The notes under the pieces are model-generated. The model was not told where the DNA came from. It did not search any database and saw only the letters and a program-made list of their open reading frames with translations. 37,659 nt of DNA from NCBI GenBank assembly GCA_035251315.1, contig DATFEI010000008.1, forward strand, positions 1 to 37,659, given 5' to 3'. This document shows, piece after piece, positions 29,411 through 37,659 of the stretch (within the stretch, counting starts at the first letter, position 1; every line of letters starts with the position of its first letter). Source of the DNA: Burkholderiales bacterium. Its GTDB lineage: Bacteria; Pseudomonadota; Gammaproteobacteria; Burkholderiales; SG8-39. The translations under genes were made by a program, and so were the position numbers.

Positions 29411-30352
29411 TCAGTCCTTGCCGGCGGGGACAAGGAAGTCGACCTGACCGTTCACGTGGGCCTCTATGCGCGCCGGCGGCTCGGCTGCGTCGTTCCTTTG
29501 CGGCCACAACTTGTCGTCGATGTGGATCTCGAATCCGGTCCATTCGAGTTTGAGCGACTTGCCGCGGTGGGAGGGAAGCACCGCGAGGCGCTCGCGGTTT
29601 TCTTGCCAGGTTTCCAGGTACTTCACCAGCCGCTCGCGCTCGGCCTCGGTGACGAGCACAACTTCCAGATGCCCGTCGCCCGGCTTACTGTCTGGCGCGA
29701 GGAACAGGTTCGACCCCACATACGGGATGTTGACGGCCTCGAGAAGGAGGTACTCGCCCGAGATGTCATCGCCGTCTATCCATGCTTTGAGTGCAAGCGG
29801 CTTGGCACGCTGCGCGCGACGCTTGAGCCGCTCGAGGGCGTTAGCGACTTTTTCGTTGGGCCTCATCTTGCGTCGCTTGATCGTCGGGCCGCTCGTCGCG
29901 AGCAGGCGCGCAAAGAGACCTGCGCCGATCCCCTCTACGAACTGGCGCGTGCCCCACGGCCCTTCGGCAATGCCAACATCGAGCTTCACACGGCGCGCCT
30001 GCGGCCATGAGCGGATGAGCTCCTCGAACGGCCGCTCCACCAGACCCAGGCTGCGGGATATGTTGTTCGCGGTGCCGGCCGGCAGCGCGGCCACTGGAAT
30101 GCCGCGTCCGGCCAGGTGACGCGCGACGCGGCTCACGGTGCCGTCACCGCCCGCGACCGCTACGAGGTCGGCGGGCTCCTGAAGCGTTTGCTCCCAACTG
30201 TCGTCCTTCGACGACTGGTAACGCACCTCGTGCCCGGCCTCACGTAAAAGCGCGACCAGCCCGCCGGCGTCGTTCCGGCCCTGCTTCCCGGCGCCGGGAT
30301 TGTGGATCAGCGTCACTCGCACGCTATTTGCTCGGCTTGTCCATGTGCGCAT
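29411..30352 (-). CDS. Diacylglycerol/lipid kinase family protein (YegS/BmrU-like)
   Basis: DAGK catalytic-domain motifs: [26 protein letters not shown] and [15 protein letters not shown]. The start is uncertain: ATG 30352 is chosen, with TTG 30364 and GTG 30322/30316 as alternatives. Confidence 0.8.
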   Translation of the reverse strand: MRTWTSRANSVRVTLIHNPGAGKQGRNDAGGLVALLREAGHEVRYQSSKDDSWEQTLQEPADLVAVAGGDGTVSRVARHLAGRGIPVAALPAGTANNISRSLGLVERPFEELIRSWPQARRVKLDVGIAEGPWGTRQFVEGIGAGLFARLLATSGPTIKRRKMRPNEKVANALERLKRRAQRAKPLALKAWIDGDDISGEYLLLEAVNIPYVGSNLFLAPDSKPGDGHLEVVLVTEAERERLVKYLETWQENRERLAVLPSHRGKSLKLEWTGFEIHIDDKLWPQRNDAAEPPARIEAHVNGQVDFLVPAGKD

Positions 30353-31097
30353 CCTGGTGACCAACGACGACGGCGTCTACAGCCCGGGTATAGCCGCACT
30401 GGCGCAGGTGGCTTCCCGATTCGGCGAGGTGCGAGTCGTCGCCCCAGACGTCGAGATGTCCTCGGCGAGCCATTCGATCACTGCGTCGCGGCCGGTGACC
30501 ATGAAGCGCACGCCGCTGCCGGCAGTTGAGGCCTACCGGGTAAACGGCACGCCGAGCGATTGCGTGATGCTCGGTACGACGCTCTGGCAAAGGGTCGACC
30601 TCGTCCTCTCTGGAATCAATATCGGCACGAACCTCGGCAACGCGCTCTGGCATTCGGGCACGCTTGCCGGCGCGAAGCAGGCCGCGCTCCTCGGGCTACG
30701 AGGCGTCGCCTTTAGCGCCCCCGCCACCGAGACCGAGCAGCCGGACTTCGAGACGCTCAAGCCGTGGGCCGGGACGGTGCTCGAGGCGCTGCTCGACGCT
30801 CCCGAGCCCTACCTTGTTAACGTCAACTTCCCGGCGCGGCCGCCGCGCGGCACGCTTTGGACACGCCAGTCCATGAGGCACTACGACGGCAAGGTGGTTC
30901 CTGGAAAGGATCCGATGGGCCGCACGCACTACTGGTTCACCGTGGTCCCGGTCGAGGCCACCGAGGAGGGCACGGACCGCTGGGCGATCGAGCAGGGCTA
31001 TGTCTCGATGACGCCGCTGCGCCTCGACCTCACCGACCACGACGCACTCGGGCGCATGCGCAAGCTGGAGGCCTGGAAGCAGCTGAAGTTCGCTTGA
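30345..31097 (+). CDS. surE: 5'/3'-nucleotidase SurE
   Basis: I start at GTG 30345 ([16 protein letters not shown], the canonical SurE N-terminus). Motifs: [22 protein letters not shown]. The upstream 15 codons of the ORF-track entry are not conserved. Confidence 0.9.
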   Translation: MRILVTNDDGVYSPGIAALAQVASRFGEVRVVAPDVEMSSASHSITASRPVTMKRTPLPAVEAYRVNGTPSDCVMLGTTLWQRVDLVLSGINIGTNLGNALWHSGTLAGAKQAALLGLRGVAFSAPATETEQPDFETLKPWAGTVLEALLDAPEPYLVNVNFPARPPRGTLWTRQSMRHYDGKVVPGKDPMGRTHYWFTVVPVEATEEGTDRWAIEQGYVSMTPLRLDLTDHDALGRMRKLEAWKQLKFA

Positions 31098-32083
31098 TCA
31101 GGATCGGAATCTCGGGCTGGCGCTACGAGCCCTGGCGCCGCGTGTGGTACCCGGAAGGCCTGCCGCAGCGGCGCGAGCTCGAGTTCTGCGGCCGGCATTT
31201 TCCGACGGTGGAGATCAACGCCTCGTTCTATGCGCTGCAGCGGCCGCAGTCCTACGAGGGCTGGTATCGCGACACTCCGACGGGATTCGTATTCGCAGTG
31301 AAGGGCTCGCGTTACCTCACCCATATGCTGCGGTTGACGAAAGTCGAGAAGCCGCTCGCGAATTTCTTCGCCTCAGGCATCTTCGCCCTGCGTGAGAAGC
31401 TCGGTCCGTTCCTGTGGCAGTTCCCCCCGATGTTCGTCTACCGGCGCGACCGGCTGGAGCGGTTCTTCTCCATCCTTCCACGCACTACGCAAGACGCGTT
31501 GGCGCTTGCGCGCAGGCGCGACGCACGCATGCTCGGCCGGTCGCGCTTGGCGATCGACGCCGAACGTCCGCTGCGCCACGCGGTCGAGATCCGGCATCGG
31601 AGCTTCATGAACGACGACTTCGTCTCGCTCCTGCGAGACCATGGCATCGGGCTCGTCGTGGCTGACACCGCCGGAAAATGGCCGAAGATGTTCCACGTCA
31701 CTTCGGATTTCGTGTACCTACGGCTGCACGGCGACGTGAAGATCTACACGAGCGGCTACTCCGAGCGCGTGCTCGCTAGCTGGGCGAGGCGCATCCGCAG
31801 TTGGGACCGGGACGGGCGGGACGTGTACGTCTACTTCGACAACGACGTGAAGGTCAAAGCGCCCTTCGACGCGCTAAAGCTGATGCGGCAGCTCGGCCTT
31901 GAATGGGGTTCGCCGTGGCACAAGGCAGGCGCACGTATTTCCCGGTTGAAGTACGCGTACGGGCCGCGGGTTACCGGGAGGATACGCGCGTGGGACGACC
32001 TCGCACAATCTCGAACTCGTACAGCCGGCATTCGAGCGCGCCGTTCCACAACGGCGTACGGCGCGAGGGCTCGAGGCGGATGA
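31094..32083 (+). CDS. DUF72 (YecE-like) protein
   Basis: TTG 31094 forms a TTGA overlap with the surE stop and begins the conserved [20 protein letters not shown]...[13 protein letters not shown]...[11 protein letters not shown]...WQFPP. The last ~50 codons are an Arg-rich non-conserved tail that overlaps the convergent methyltransferase gene. Confidence 0.8.
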   Translation: MIRIGISGWRYEPWRRVWYPEGLPQRRELEFCGRHFPTVEINASFYALQRPQSYEGWYRDTPTGFVFAVKGSRYLTHMLRLTKVEKPLANFFASGIFALREKLGPFLWQFPPMFVYRRDRLERFFSILPRTTQDALALARRRDARMLGRSRLAIDAERPLRHAVEIRHRSFMNDDFVSLLRDHGIGLVVADTAGKWPKMFHVTSDFVYLRLHGDVKIYTSGYSERVLASWARRIRSWDRDGRDVYVYFDNDVKVKAPFDALKLMRQLGLEWGSPWHKAGARISRLKYAYGPRVTGRIRAWDDLAQSRTRTAGIRARRSTTAYGARARGG

Positions 32084-33128
32084 GTTTCGGCAGCCTCAGG
32101 TCGGCGGTGAAGATATAGCAGCGCCAACCGGTGAAATTGCGCTTAAGTGCATCCCCGAGCTTTGGGTAAAAGCGTGCGAGCTCGTCAGCGTTCCCCATGC
32201 GCTCGCCGTACGGCGGATTCATCACCATGACCCCAGACGGTGCCGGTGCCGCGCGCTCGAGCACGTCGGTGCGCTCGAGCTTCACCCAGCGCTCCACGCC
32301 CGCGGCGGCAAGGTTGCGTCGCGCCGCCTTAAGTGCTTCGGGATCGTTATCACTGCCATACAGAACGGGATTGGAATTGCCGGGCGTGCTTTCCCGTTTC
32401 ACGGCTTCCCAAAGTGGAGCTTTAAAGCTCTTCAACTTCTGAAATCCAAAACCGCGCTTTCCACCAGGCGCGCGACCGCGCACCATCGCGGCTGCCTCCA
32501 CGAGGAGAGTGCCGCCGCCGCACATTGGGTCGAGGAGCGGCTCGTCCGACCGCCAGCCGGTCAGCATGACGATGCCGGCGGCCAGGTTCTCGCGCAGCGG
32601 CGCCTCGCCTTGCCCCGCGCGCCAGCCGCGCTTGAAGAGCGGCTCGCCGGAAGTATCGAGGTAGAGCGTGCCCTTGTCTTTCTCCAGGAACAGATGGATC
32701 CGCACGTCGGGCGCTGCGCGCTCGACGTGCGGGCGACGGCCCAGCGTCTCGCGGAAACGGTCGCACACCGCGTCCTTCACACGCAGCGTGGCGAACTCGA
32801 GGCTGCGAAGCGGACTCTTCTGCGCGGTCACGTTGACGCGCAGCGTGCGCTCGACGTCGAAGTAGCGCGGCCATTCCAGCGCTTTCACCGCTTTGTAGAC
32901 ATCATCCTCGTTGCGGTAGGCAAAGTCCTGGACCTTCCACAGCACCCGCGAGGCGATGCGCGACCGAAGGTTCGTCCGGTAGCACGTGTCCCACCCGCCT
33001 TCGAAGGAGACGCCGCCGGGCACGAAGACGAGACCTTTCCCTCCCAAGGAGGCAATTTCCTGCTGCAAAAGCAGTTCGAGCCCGCGCGGCGCGGTGGCAA
33101 AGAAGGCGCTAGAAGGGCTTGAAGACAA
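31971..33128 (-). CDS. THUMP-domain class I SAM-dependent RNA methyltransferase (RlmL-N-like)
   Basis: 385 aa with the N-terminus FFATAPRGLELLLQQEI (ferredoxin-like/THUMP), the SAM motif LLDPMCGGGTLLVEAA and the catalytic NPPYGER. Confidence 0.85.
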   Translation of the reverse strand: MSSSPSSAFFATAPRGLELLLQQEIASLGGKGLVFVPGGVSFEGGWDTCYRTNLRSRIASRVLWKVQDFAYRNEDDVYKAVKALEWPRYFDVERTLRVNVTAQKSPLRSLEFATLRVKDAVCDRFRETLGRRPHVERAAPDVRIHLFLEKDKGTLYLDTSGEPLFKRGWRAGQGEAPLRENLAAGIVMLTGWRSDEPLLDPMCGGGTLLVEAAAMVRGRAPGGKRGFGFQKLKSFKAPLWEAVKRESTPGNSNPVLYGSDNDPEALKAARRNLAAAGVERWVKLERTDVLERAAPAPSGVMVMNPPYGERMGNADELARFYPKLGDALKRNFTGWRCYIFTADLRLPKLIRLEPSRRTPLWNGALECRLYEFEIVRGRPTRVSSR

Positions 33129-33525
33129 CGAGCAGCACCGTGGCGAGGAGGATGAGCACCGGGAATTCGTTGAACCAGCGAAACCAGACGTGGCTCTTGC
33201 TATTCCGCTCGGCGGCGAAGTCGCGCATCAGGCGCCAGCACCAGAGGTGGTAGCCCACGAGGATCGCCACGAGCGCGATCTTCGCGTGCAACCAGCTCGA
33301 GCTGCCGCGAAACCAGCCGAGCCAGAGCCACGCGCCGAAGGCGATGGTGAGCGCCGCGCCCGGGGTCATGATGCCCCAGAAGAGCTTCCGCTCCATTAGC
33401 TTGAAGCGCTCGATGGAGGGCCGGTCCTGCGCGAGTGCGTGGTAAACGAACAGCCGCGGCAGATAGAAAAGCCCCGCGAACCACGTCACCATGAAAACGA
33501 TGTGAAAGGACTTGGCCCACAGCAT
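33109..33525 (-). CDS. hemJ: Protoporphyrinogen IX oxidase HemJ (UPF0093 family)
   Basis: I start at ATG 33525, giving 138 aa: MLWAKSFHIVFMVTWFAGLFYLPRLFVYHA. This is the hallmark HemJ N-terminus, and the protein has 4-5 TM segments. The ORF-track upstream extension is a shadow. Confidence 0.85.
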   Translation of the reverse strand: MLWAKSFHIVFMVTWFAGLFYLPRLFVYHALAQDRPSIERFKLMERKLFWGIMTPGAALTIAFGAWLWLGWFRGSSSWLHAKIALVAILVGYHLWCWRLMRDFAAERNSKSHVWFRWFNEFPVLILLATVLLVVFKPF

Positions 33526-33526
33526 G

Positions 33527-34276
33527 TCAGGACGAAAACCGGCGGCGGGCGAAGTAGATTGCCGCCGCATAGCCGGCCGCAGCGTACGCGAGCAGCACCG
33601 CCACGTGCAGCCACAGGGCGGGCGGCGAACCGCCGGCGATGAGCGGGCGCACAATCTGCACGCCGTGGTAGAGCGGCAGCGCCTTGGCCACCGCGAGGAG
33701 CGGCGCCGGCAGCTGCTCGGCGGGGAAAAACACTCCCGAGATCATCATCATCGGCGTCATGACGAGGGTCATGTAATAACTGAAAAAGTCCCAGCCGCGC
33801 GCGAGCACGCACATGATGAGGCCCACCGCGGCGAACGCCAGGCCGACGAGGAACGCCGCCGGCAGCGCGAGCAGCACCCACGGCGAGCTCGCCAGCCCGA
33901 ACACCACCGCGATCCCCAGGATGGTAGAACCCGTGAGCCACGCCTTGCTCGCGGCCCACACGATCTCGCCCGCGACGATGTCGTCGATCGTCAGCGGCGC
34001 ATGCAGGATGGCGTCCCAGGTCTTCTGGCCGTGCATGCGCGCGAAACTGGAGAACATGGATTCGAACGACGCGGTGAACATGGTCGCCGTACAGAGTTGT
34101 CCGGCGGCGAAGAATGCGATATACGACATGCCCTGCACCGAAGGCAGCAGCGCCCCCAGGCCGTAGCCCAGCCCGAACAGCATGATCAGGGGATCGGCGA
34201 GATTGCTCAGCATGGCCGCCGCAGCGAGCTTGCGCCACACCAGCATGTTTCTGCGCCAAATCGAGATCCAGCGCAT
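33527..34276 (-). CDS. ABC-2 type transporter permease (NodJ-like)
   Basis: I start at ATG 34276 (MRWISIWRRNMLVWRKL), giving 249 aa with about 6 TM segments. It lies 2 nt downstream of the cognate ATPase gene. Confidence 0.85.
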   Translation of the reverse strand: MRWISIWRRNMLVWRKLAAAAMLSNLADPLIMLFGLGYGLGALLPSVQGMSYIAFFAAGQLCTATMFTASFESMFSSFARMHGQKTWDAILHAPLTIDDIVAGEIVWAASKAWLTGSTILGIAVVFGLASSPWVLLALPAAFLVGLAFAAVGLIMCVLARGWDFFSYYMTLVMTPMMMISGVFFPAEQLPAPLLAVAKALPLYHGVQIVRPLIAGGSPPALWLHVAVLLAYAAAGYAAAIYFARRRFSS

Positions 34277-34278
34277 TC

Positions 34279-35181
34279 TCAATCCCTGAGATCGCGGCCA
34301 GTTAGCTTGAGAAAAACGTCTTCCAGGCTCGCGGGGCGGTGGAGGTAGCTCAGATCGCCGAAAAGCGTCTTGAGCAACGGCTCGACGTCCTCGCCGTAGC
34401 AGTAAACGGTGTCGCCCACGCGCTCGATGCGCGGCGCTAGGCTCTTCGCGCGCTCCATCCACGCCTCGTGGCCAGGCCCGTGCACCTCGAGCACCTGCGG
34501 CTCGATGTGCTCGCAGATCAGCGTGCGCGGCGAGCCTTCGGCGATGATGCGGCCGCGATCCATGATGGCGAGCCGGTGGCAGAGCCTCTCCGCTTCCTCC
34601 ATGAAATGCGTGGTCAGCACTAGCGTTTTGCCTTCCTGCGTCAGCCGCCGCAAGCGCTCCCAGATAAGGTGGCGCGCCTGGGGATCGAGGCCGGTGGTCG
34701 GCTCGTCCATGAACACAAGCTGCGGGTCGTTGACGAGCGCCCGGGCTAGCGTCAGGCGGCGCTTCATGCCGCCCGAGAGAGTCATGATCTTCGCGTCGCC
34801 GCGGCCCGCCAGCCCGGCGAAGTCGAGGAGCGCGGGAATCCGGGCCGAAATATCCCTGGAGTCGATCCCGAAGTAGCGCGCATAGACGACCAGGTTCTCC
34901 TCGACGGTGAAATCCGGGTCGAGGTTGTCGAACTGCGGCACGACTCCCGCTCGCGCGCGTGCTTCTCGGGCCCGCTTCGGCACCGGCTCGCCAAGAAGCT
35001 CGATGTGGCCAGAGTCGGGCTCGATCAGGCCGAGGCAGAGCTTGAGCGTGGTGGTTTTTCCGGCGCCGTTAGGGCCGAGGAGGCCGAAGCATTCTCCCGG
35101 CGCCACTGCGAGATCGACGCCCGAGACGACTTCAAGCGCGCCATAAGACTTGCGCAGCCCCCGCGCGGAGAGCGCGCTCAT
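34279..35181 (-). CDS. ABC transporter ATP-binding protein (NodI-like)
   Basis: I start at ATG 35181 ([14 protein letters not shown]), giving 300 aa. Motifs: Walker [10 protein letters not shown], signature LSGGMKRR, Walker [17 protein letters not shown] overlap with the upstream hydrolase gene. Confidence 0.92.
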   Translation of the reverse strand: MSALSARGLRKSYGALEVVSGVDLAVAPGECFGLLGPNGAGKTTTLKLCLGLIEPDSGHIELLGEPVPKRAREARARAGVVPQFDNLDPDFTVEENLVVYARYFGIDSRDISARIPALLDFAGLAGRGDAKIMTLSGGMKRRLTLARALVNDPQLVFMDEPTTGLDPQARHLIWERLRRLTQEGKTLVLTTHFMEEAERLCHRLAIMDRGRIIAEGSPRTLICEHIEPQVLEVHGPGHEAWMERAKSLAPRIERVGDTVYCYGEDVEPLLKTLFGDLSYLHRPASLEDVFLKLTGRDLRD

Positions 35182-35771
35182 CTCGCGTAGGCTTGCACGA
35201 TCCGTCGGATGACCTGCAGCTTGCGATGGAAGAAATGATCCGCGCCGGGCACCACGACTACGGGCAGGTCCTGCGGCCGCGCCCAATCGAGCACCGCGGC
35301 GAGGGGCACGGTGTCGTCGCTCTCGCCGTGGATCACGAGCGTGCCTTCCGGCACGGCGGGCGCCTCGAGGCGCGTGATGCCGATGCCGACGAGCACCAGC
35401 CACTCGAGCTCAACTTCCTGCGCGAGACGAGCCTGTAGCGACGCCCCGAAGGAGAACCCGGCCAGAACGAGCTTCGCGGGCGCCAGGTGCCTCACGATGG
35501 TTCTCAAGTCCTCGAGCTCGCCTCGCCCCTCATCGTGCAAGCCCTCGGTGGCGCCGACGCCGCGGAAATTCGGCCGCCAGGCCTCGTAGCCCAGCTCGAC
35601 GAAGGCGCGCGCAAGCGTCTGCACGACCTTGTTGTCAAGCGTGCCGCCGAAGAGCGGATGTGGGTGTGCGATCAGCGCGACACCTCGCGCCGCGCCTTCG
35701 GGACTGTCGACAGCGCATTCGATGCGCCCTGCCGGGCCGGCGATGAACTCGCGACGGGTGCTCGGCCGCAT
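35178..35771 (-). CDS. Alpha/beta-fold hydrolase (small, uncharacterised subfamily)
   Basis: I start at ATG 35771, giving 197 aa. Motifs: [15 protein letters not shown], the nucleophile elbow GFSFG and C-terminal DHFF. The start shares 1 nt with the ferredoxin stop (TAATG). Confidence 0.75.
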   Translation of the reverse strand: MRPSTRREFIAGPAGRIECAVDSPEGAARGVALIAHPHPLFGGTLDNKVVQTLARAFVELGYEAWRPNFRGVGATEGLHDEGRGELEDLRTIVRHLAPAKLVLAGFSFGASLQARLAQEVELEWLVLVGIGITRLEAPAVPEGTLVIHGESDDTVPLAAVLDWARPQDLPVVVVPGADHFFHRKLQVIRRIVQAYAR

Positions 35772-36079
35772 TACATCCTGAGACGTTCTACGATGCGCCC
35801 GTTCTGCAGGTGCTCCTCGATGATTTCGTCGATGTCGGACCGGTCGACGTAGGTGTACCAGACCGCTTCGGGGTACACCACGATGCACGGGCCTTCCTCA
35901 CAGCGATCCAGGCACCCGGCCTGATTGACGCGAATCTTGCCCGGGCCGGCGAGGCTGAGCTCCTTGATGCGGCCCTTGGCATAGTCCCGCATCCGCGAGG
36001 CGCCCTTGTCGTTGCAGCAGGTGCGCCCACCGTCGCGCTGATTGCAGCAGAAAAAGACATGCTTGGCGTAATAGGACAT
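35771..36079 (-). CDS. Thioredoxin-like [2Fe-2S] ferredoxin
   Basis: 102 aa with Cys clusters FFCCNQRDGGRTCC and GCLDRCEEGPC. The C-terminal IDEIIEEHL region is typical of this ferredoxin family. Confidence 0.8.
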   Translation of the reverse strand: MSYYAKHVFFCCNQRDGGRTCCNDKGASRMRDYAKGRIKELSLAGPGKIRVNQAGCLDRCEEGPCIVVYPEAVWYTYVDRSDIDEIIEEHLQNGRIVERLRM

Positions 36080-36091
36080 CAGCCGGCCATT

Positions 36092-37189
36092 CTAGCCGAG
36101 CGCTTCGCGCCGCCTCGACGCGAGGTAGATGAGATAGCCGAGCGCGATGAAGGGCCACGCGGCGCTCACCAGCCGCGTTAGCCCGTTGAAGTTGAGAAAG
36201 TGACCCTGGTGCCATACTTTCAAGGAAAGGGCGAGGTAGGGATTCGGTGGCGTGAGATTCACCAACACAGTGGCGGCCATCAGAAGAACCGCGGCCACGA
36301 CCAACCGTACGGTCCGGGGCAGCGCCACGGCGGCGAGCACGACCGCGACGCCGATGAGGAGGCCGAGCTGCGCGCCTTGCGTAAGCCATGTGAAAACGTT
36401 TTCAGCGCGCAGGAGAATCGCGACGGCGGCCGTCTTCACCGTAAGCGCCGCCAGGACTGTGCCGAGCACCAGGCCGCGCACCGGGCGCCCAGGCGAGGCG
36501 AGCGCCGCGAGGATCAGCGCGACGGCAACCAGGTTTGCGGCCGTGGTGAACGCCTCGATGGACACAAAGAACTCCGGGCGCCGCTCGCGCCCTTCGAACG
36601 GCGCAAGTAGGTCCCTCAAATCGCCCGCGCCAAAGAGCAGCGTCGCGGGGTTCAGCTGGATGAATAGCCACAAGCCGATCAGCATCAGGCCGAAGTCCGC
36701 GCCCGCTCCGGGCACAAACGCCGCCGCACGCCAGCGAGAAAGGGGCCCACCGCCGATGAGCAAGGTGAAATGCTGGCCGAGGGCCGCACCGAGCGCCGCC
36801 CCGCCTACGTTACACAGTACGTCGAGGGTCGTGGGGACGCGCGCGGGCAGGTAGGTTTGCCCAGCTTCAAGGACGAGCGACAGCACAGTGGCCCCGGCGA
36901 TCGCTGCCGCGAAGGCCCGGACGCCCCGCAGGCGTGGGTGCAGAACCGCGGTCGCCAAGAAGCCGAAGGGAAGATAGCCGGCGACATTCGCCACGACATC
37001 GAACGCGGTAACGTACCGCGGCCAGGGCTCGACCAGATAGGCGAACGGCGAAATCCCTACGTTTCGCCAACCGGATAGGGGATAGAGGGACGCATAGGCG
37101 ACCAGCAAGACATAGACGAGGAACAAGATGCGCGCCAGCGTCGAGCTGCGCGCGGCAACGGGGTCAGTGCCCTCGGGAGTGCGCCGCAT
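36092..37189 (-). CDS. VanZ-family membrane protein with extended C-terminal TM domain
   Basis: 365 aa. The N-terminal VanZ-like region is LVAYASLYPLSGW...DVVANVAGYLPFGF...EAGQTYLPARVPTTLDVLCNVGGAALG, followed by about 6 further TM helices. Confidence 0.75.
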   Translation of the reverse strand: MRRTPEGTDPVAARSSTLARILFLVYVLLVAYASLYPLSGWRNVGISPFAYLVEPWPRYVTAFDVVANVAGYLPFGFLATAVLHPRLRGVRAFAAAIAGATVLSLVLEAGQTYLPARVPTTLDVLCNVGGAALGAALGQHFTLLIGGGPLSRWRAAAFVPGAGADFGLMLIGLWLFIQLNPATLLFGAGDLRDLLAPFEGRERRPEFFVSIEAFTTAANLVAVALILAALASPGRPVRGLVLGTVLAALTVKTAAVAILLRAENVFTWLTQGAQLGLLIGVAVVLAAVALPRTVRLVVAAVLLMAATVLVNLTPPNPYLALSLKVWHQGHFLNFNGLTRLVSAAWPFIALGYLIYLASRRREALG

Positions 37190-37588
37190 GGGGCCGCGGC
37201 GTCTGACGGCCGTACAGCGAGCCGACGACCATGCCGAGGAACGAGAACGCCATGCCGACGAGCTGCGGCGGGATCAGCGCTTCGGGGGCGAAGATCTCCA
37301 GCAGCACCCACGTGGCTAGCCCAAGTACGACCGCAAACAGCGCGCCGTCGACGGTGGAGCGCTTCCAGTACAAGCCGAGCACGAGCGGCGCGAAGGCCGA
37401 CACGAGCGTCACCTTGTAGGCGTTCTGCACCATCTGGTAGATACTCCCATCGCTGAGTAGCGCAAACACCATCACCGCAAGGCCGAAAATCACGAGCACC
37501 AGGCGCATGACCACTGCGCGCGCCGCGCCGCCCACAGGCCGATCGCCACGGTGACGAAAAGATACAACGCGACGAACGTGATCAGCAT
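37164..37588 (-). pseudogene. Sodium:solute symporter (SSF) remnant with a large internal deletion
   Basis: ATG 37588 opens a typical SSF N-terminus (MLITFVALYLFVTVAIGLWAARR) that hits a stop after 32 codons. ORF 37535..37164, in a different frame (offset 53 nt), encodes only the last 3-4 TM helices of an SSF protein (RLVLVIFGLAV...FAPLVLGLYWKRSTVDGA...). The roughly 350 codons expected in between are absent. Confidence 0.6.
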
Positions 37589-37659
37589 GCGCGCCCGATC
37601 ATAGCGCCGCTTTCATGCCTGCCAGATCGCGACCAACGCCGCGAGCGCTACGACGAAGA

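Noticed and set aside
32417-32430. 14-bp perfect AT-rich palindrome GAGCTTTAAAGCTC inside the RNA methyltransferase gene.
   Set aside because: At about 4^-7 per position, about two such palindromes are expected by chance in 37.6 kb. It lies in coding sequence with no flanking signals.

Overview
High-GC (roughly two-thirds G+C by eye) chromosomal core segment. Gene content and order fit a betaproteobacterium, probably Burkholderiales-like. Supporting clusters are a Bug/TctC-family binding protein, gshB-EIIA(Man)-ptsH-ptsI, gatCAB divergent from mreBCD-mrdA-rodA, and yggS-proC-yggT-yggU divergent from pilT-pilU. I call 1 tRNA, 40 protein-coding genes, 2 probable pseudogenes, 1 tandem repeat and 1 intrinsic terminator. 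Coding density is very high, and more than ten neighbouring genes share ATGA/GTGA/TTGA start-stop overlaps. Many ORF-track entries are N-terminally over-extended or are antisense shadow ORFs typical of high-GC DNA; I trimmed starts where protein-family N-termini and overlap geometry supported it. I found no mobile elements, CRISPR arrays, defence systems or toxin-antitoxin modules, and no convincing novel multi-gene system. The observations most worth a second look are these. (1) An uncharacterised exported Cys-rich ORF is translationally wedged between gatA and gatB. (2) gshB and aceK both encode their conserved N-termini upstream of any canonical start codon, each with an in-frame CTG 12-14 nt after the upstream gene's stop. 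(3) A small lipoprotein gene is frame-disrupted and carries the pilU terminator inside its signal-peptide codons. (4) A sodium:solute symporter gene survives only as an internally deleted remnant. (5) gatB contains a roughly 240-bp low-GC patch. (6) hemJ sits in a tightly coupled operon with a [2Fe-2S] ferredoxin, a hydrolase, an ABC-2 exporter and an RNA methyltransferase. All family assignments rest on motif and alignment recall; no database search was run.
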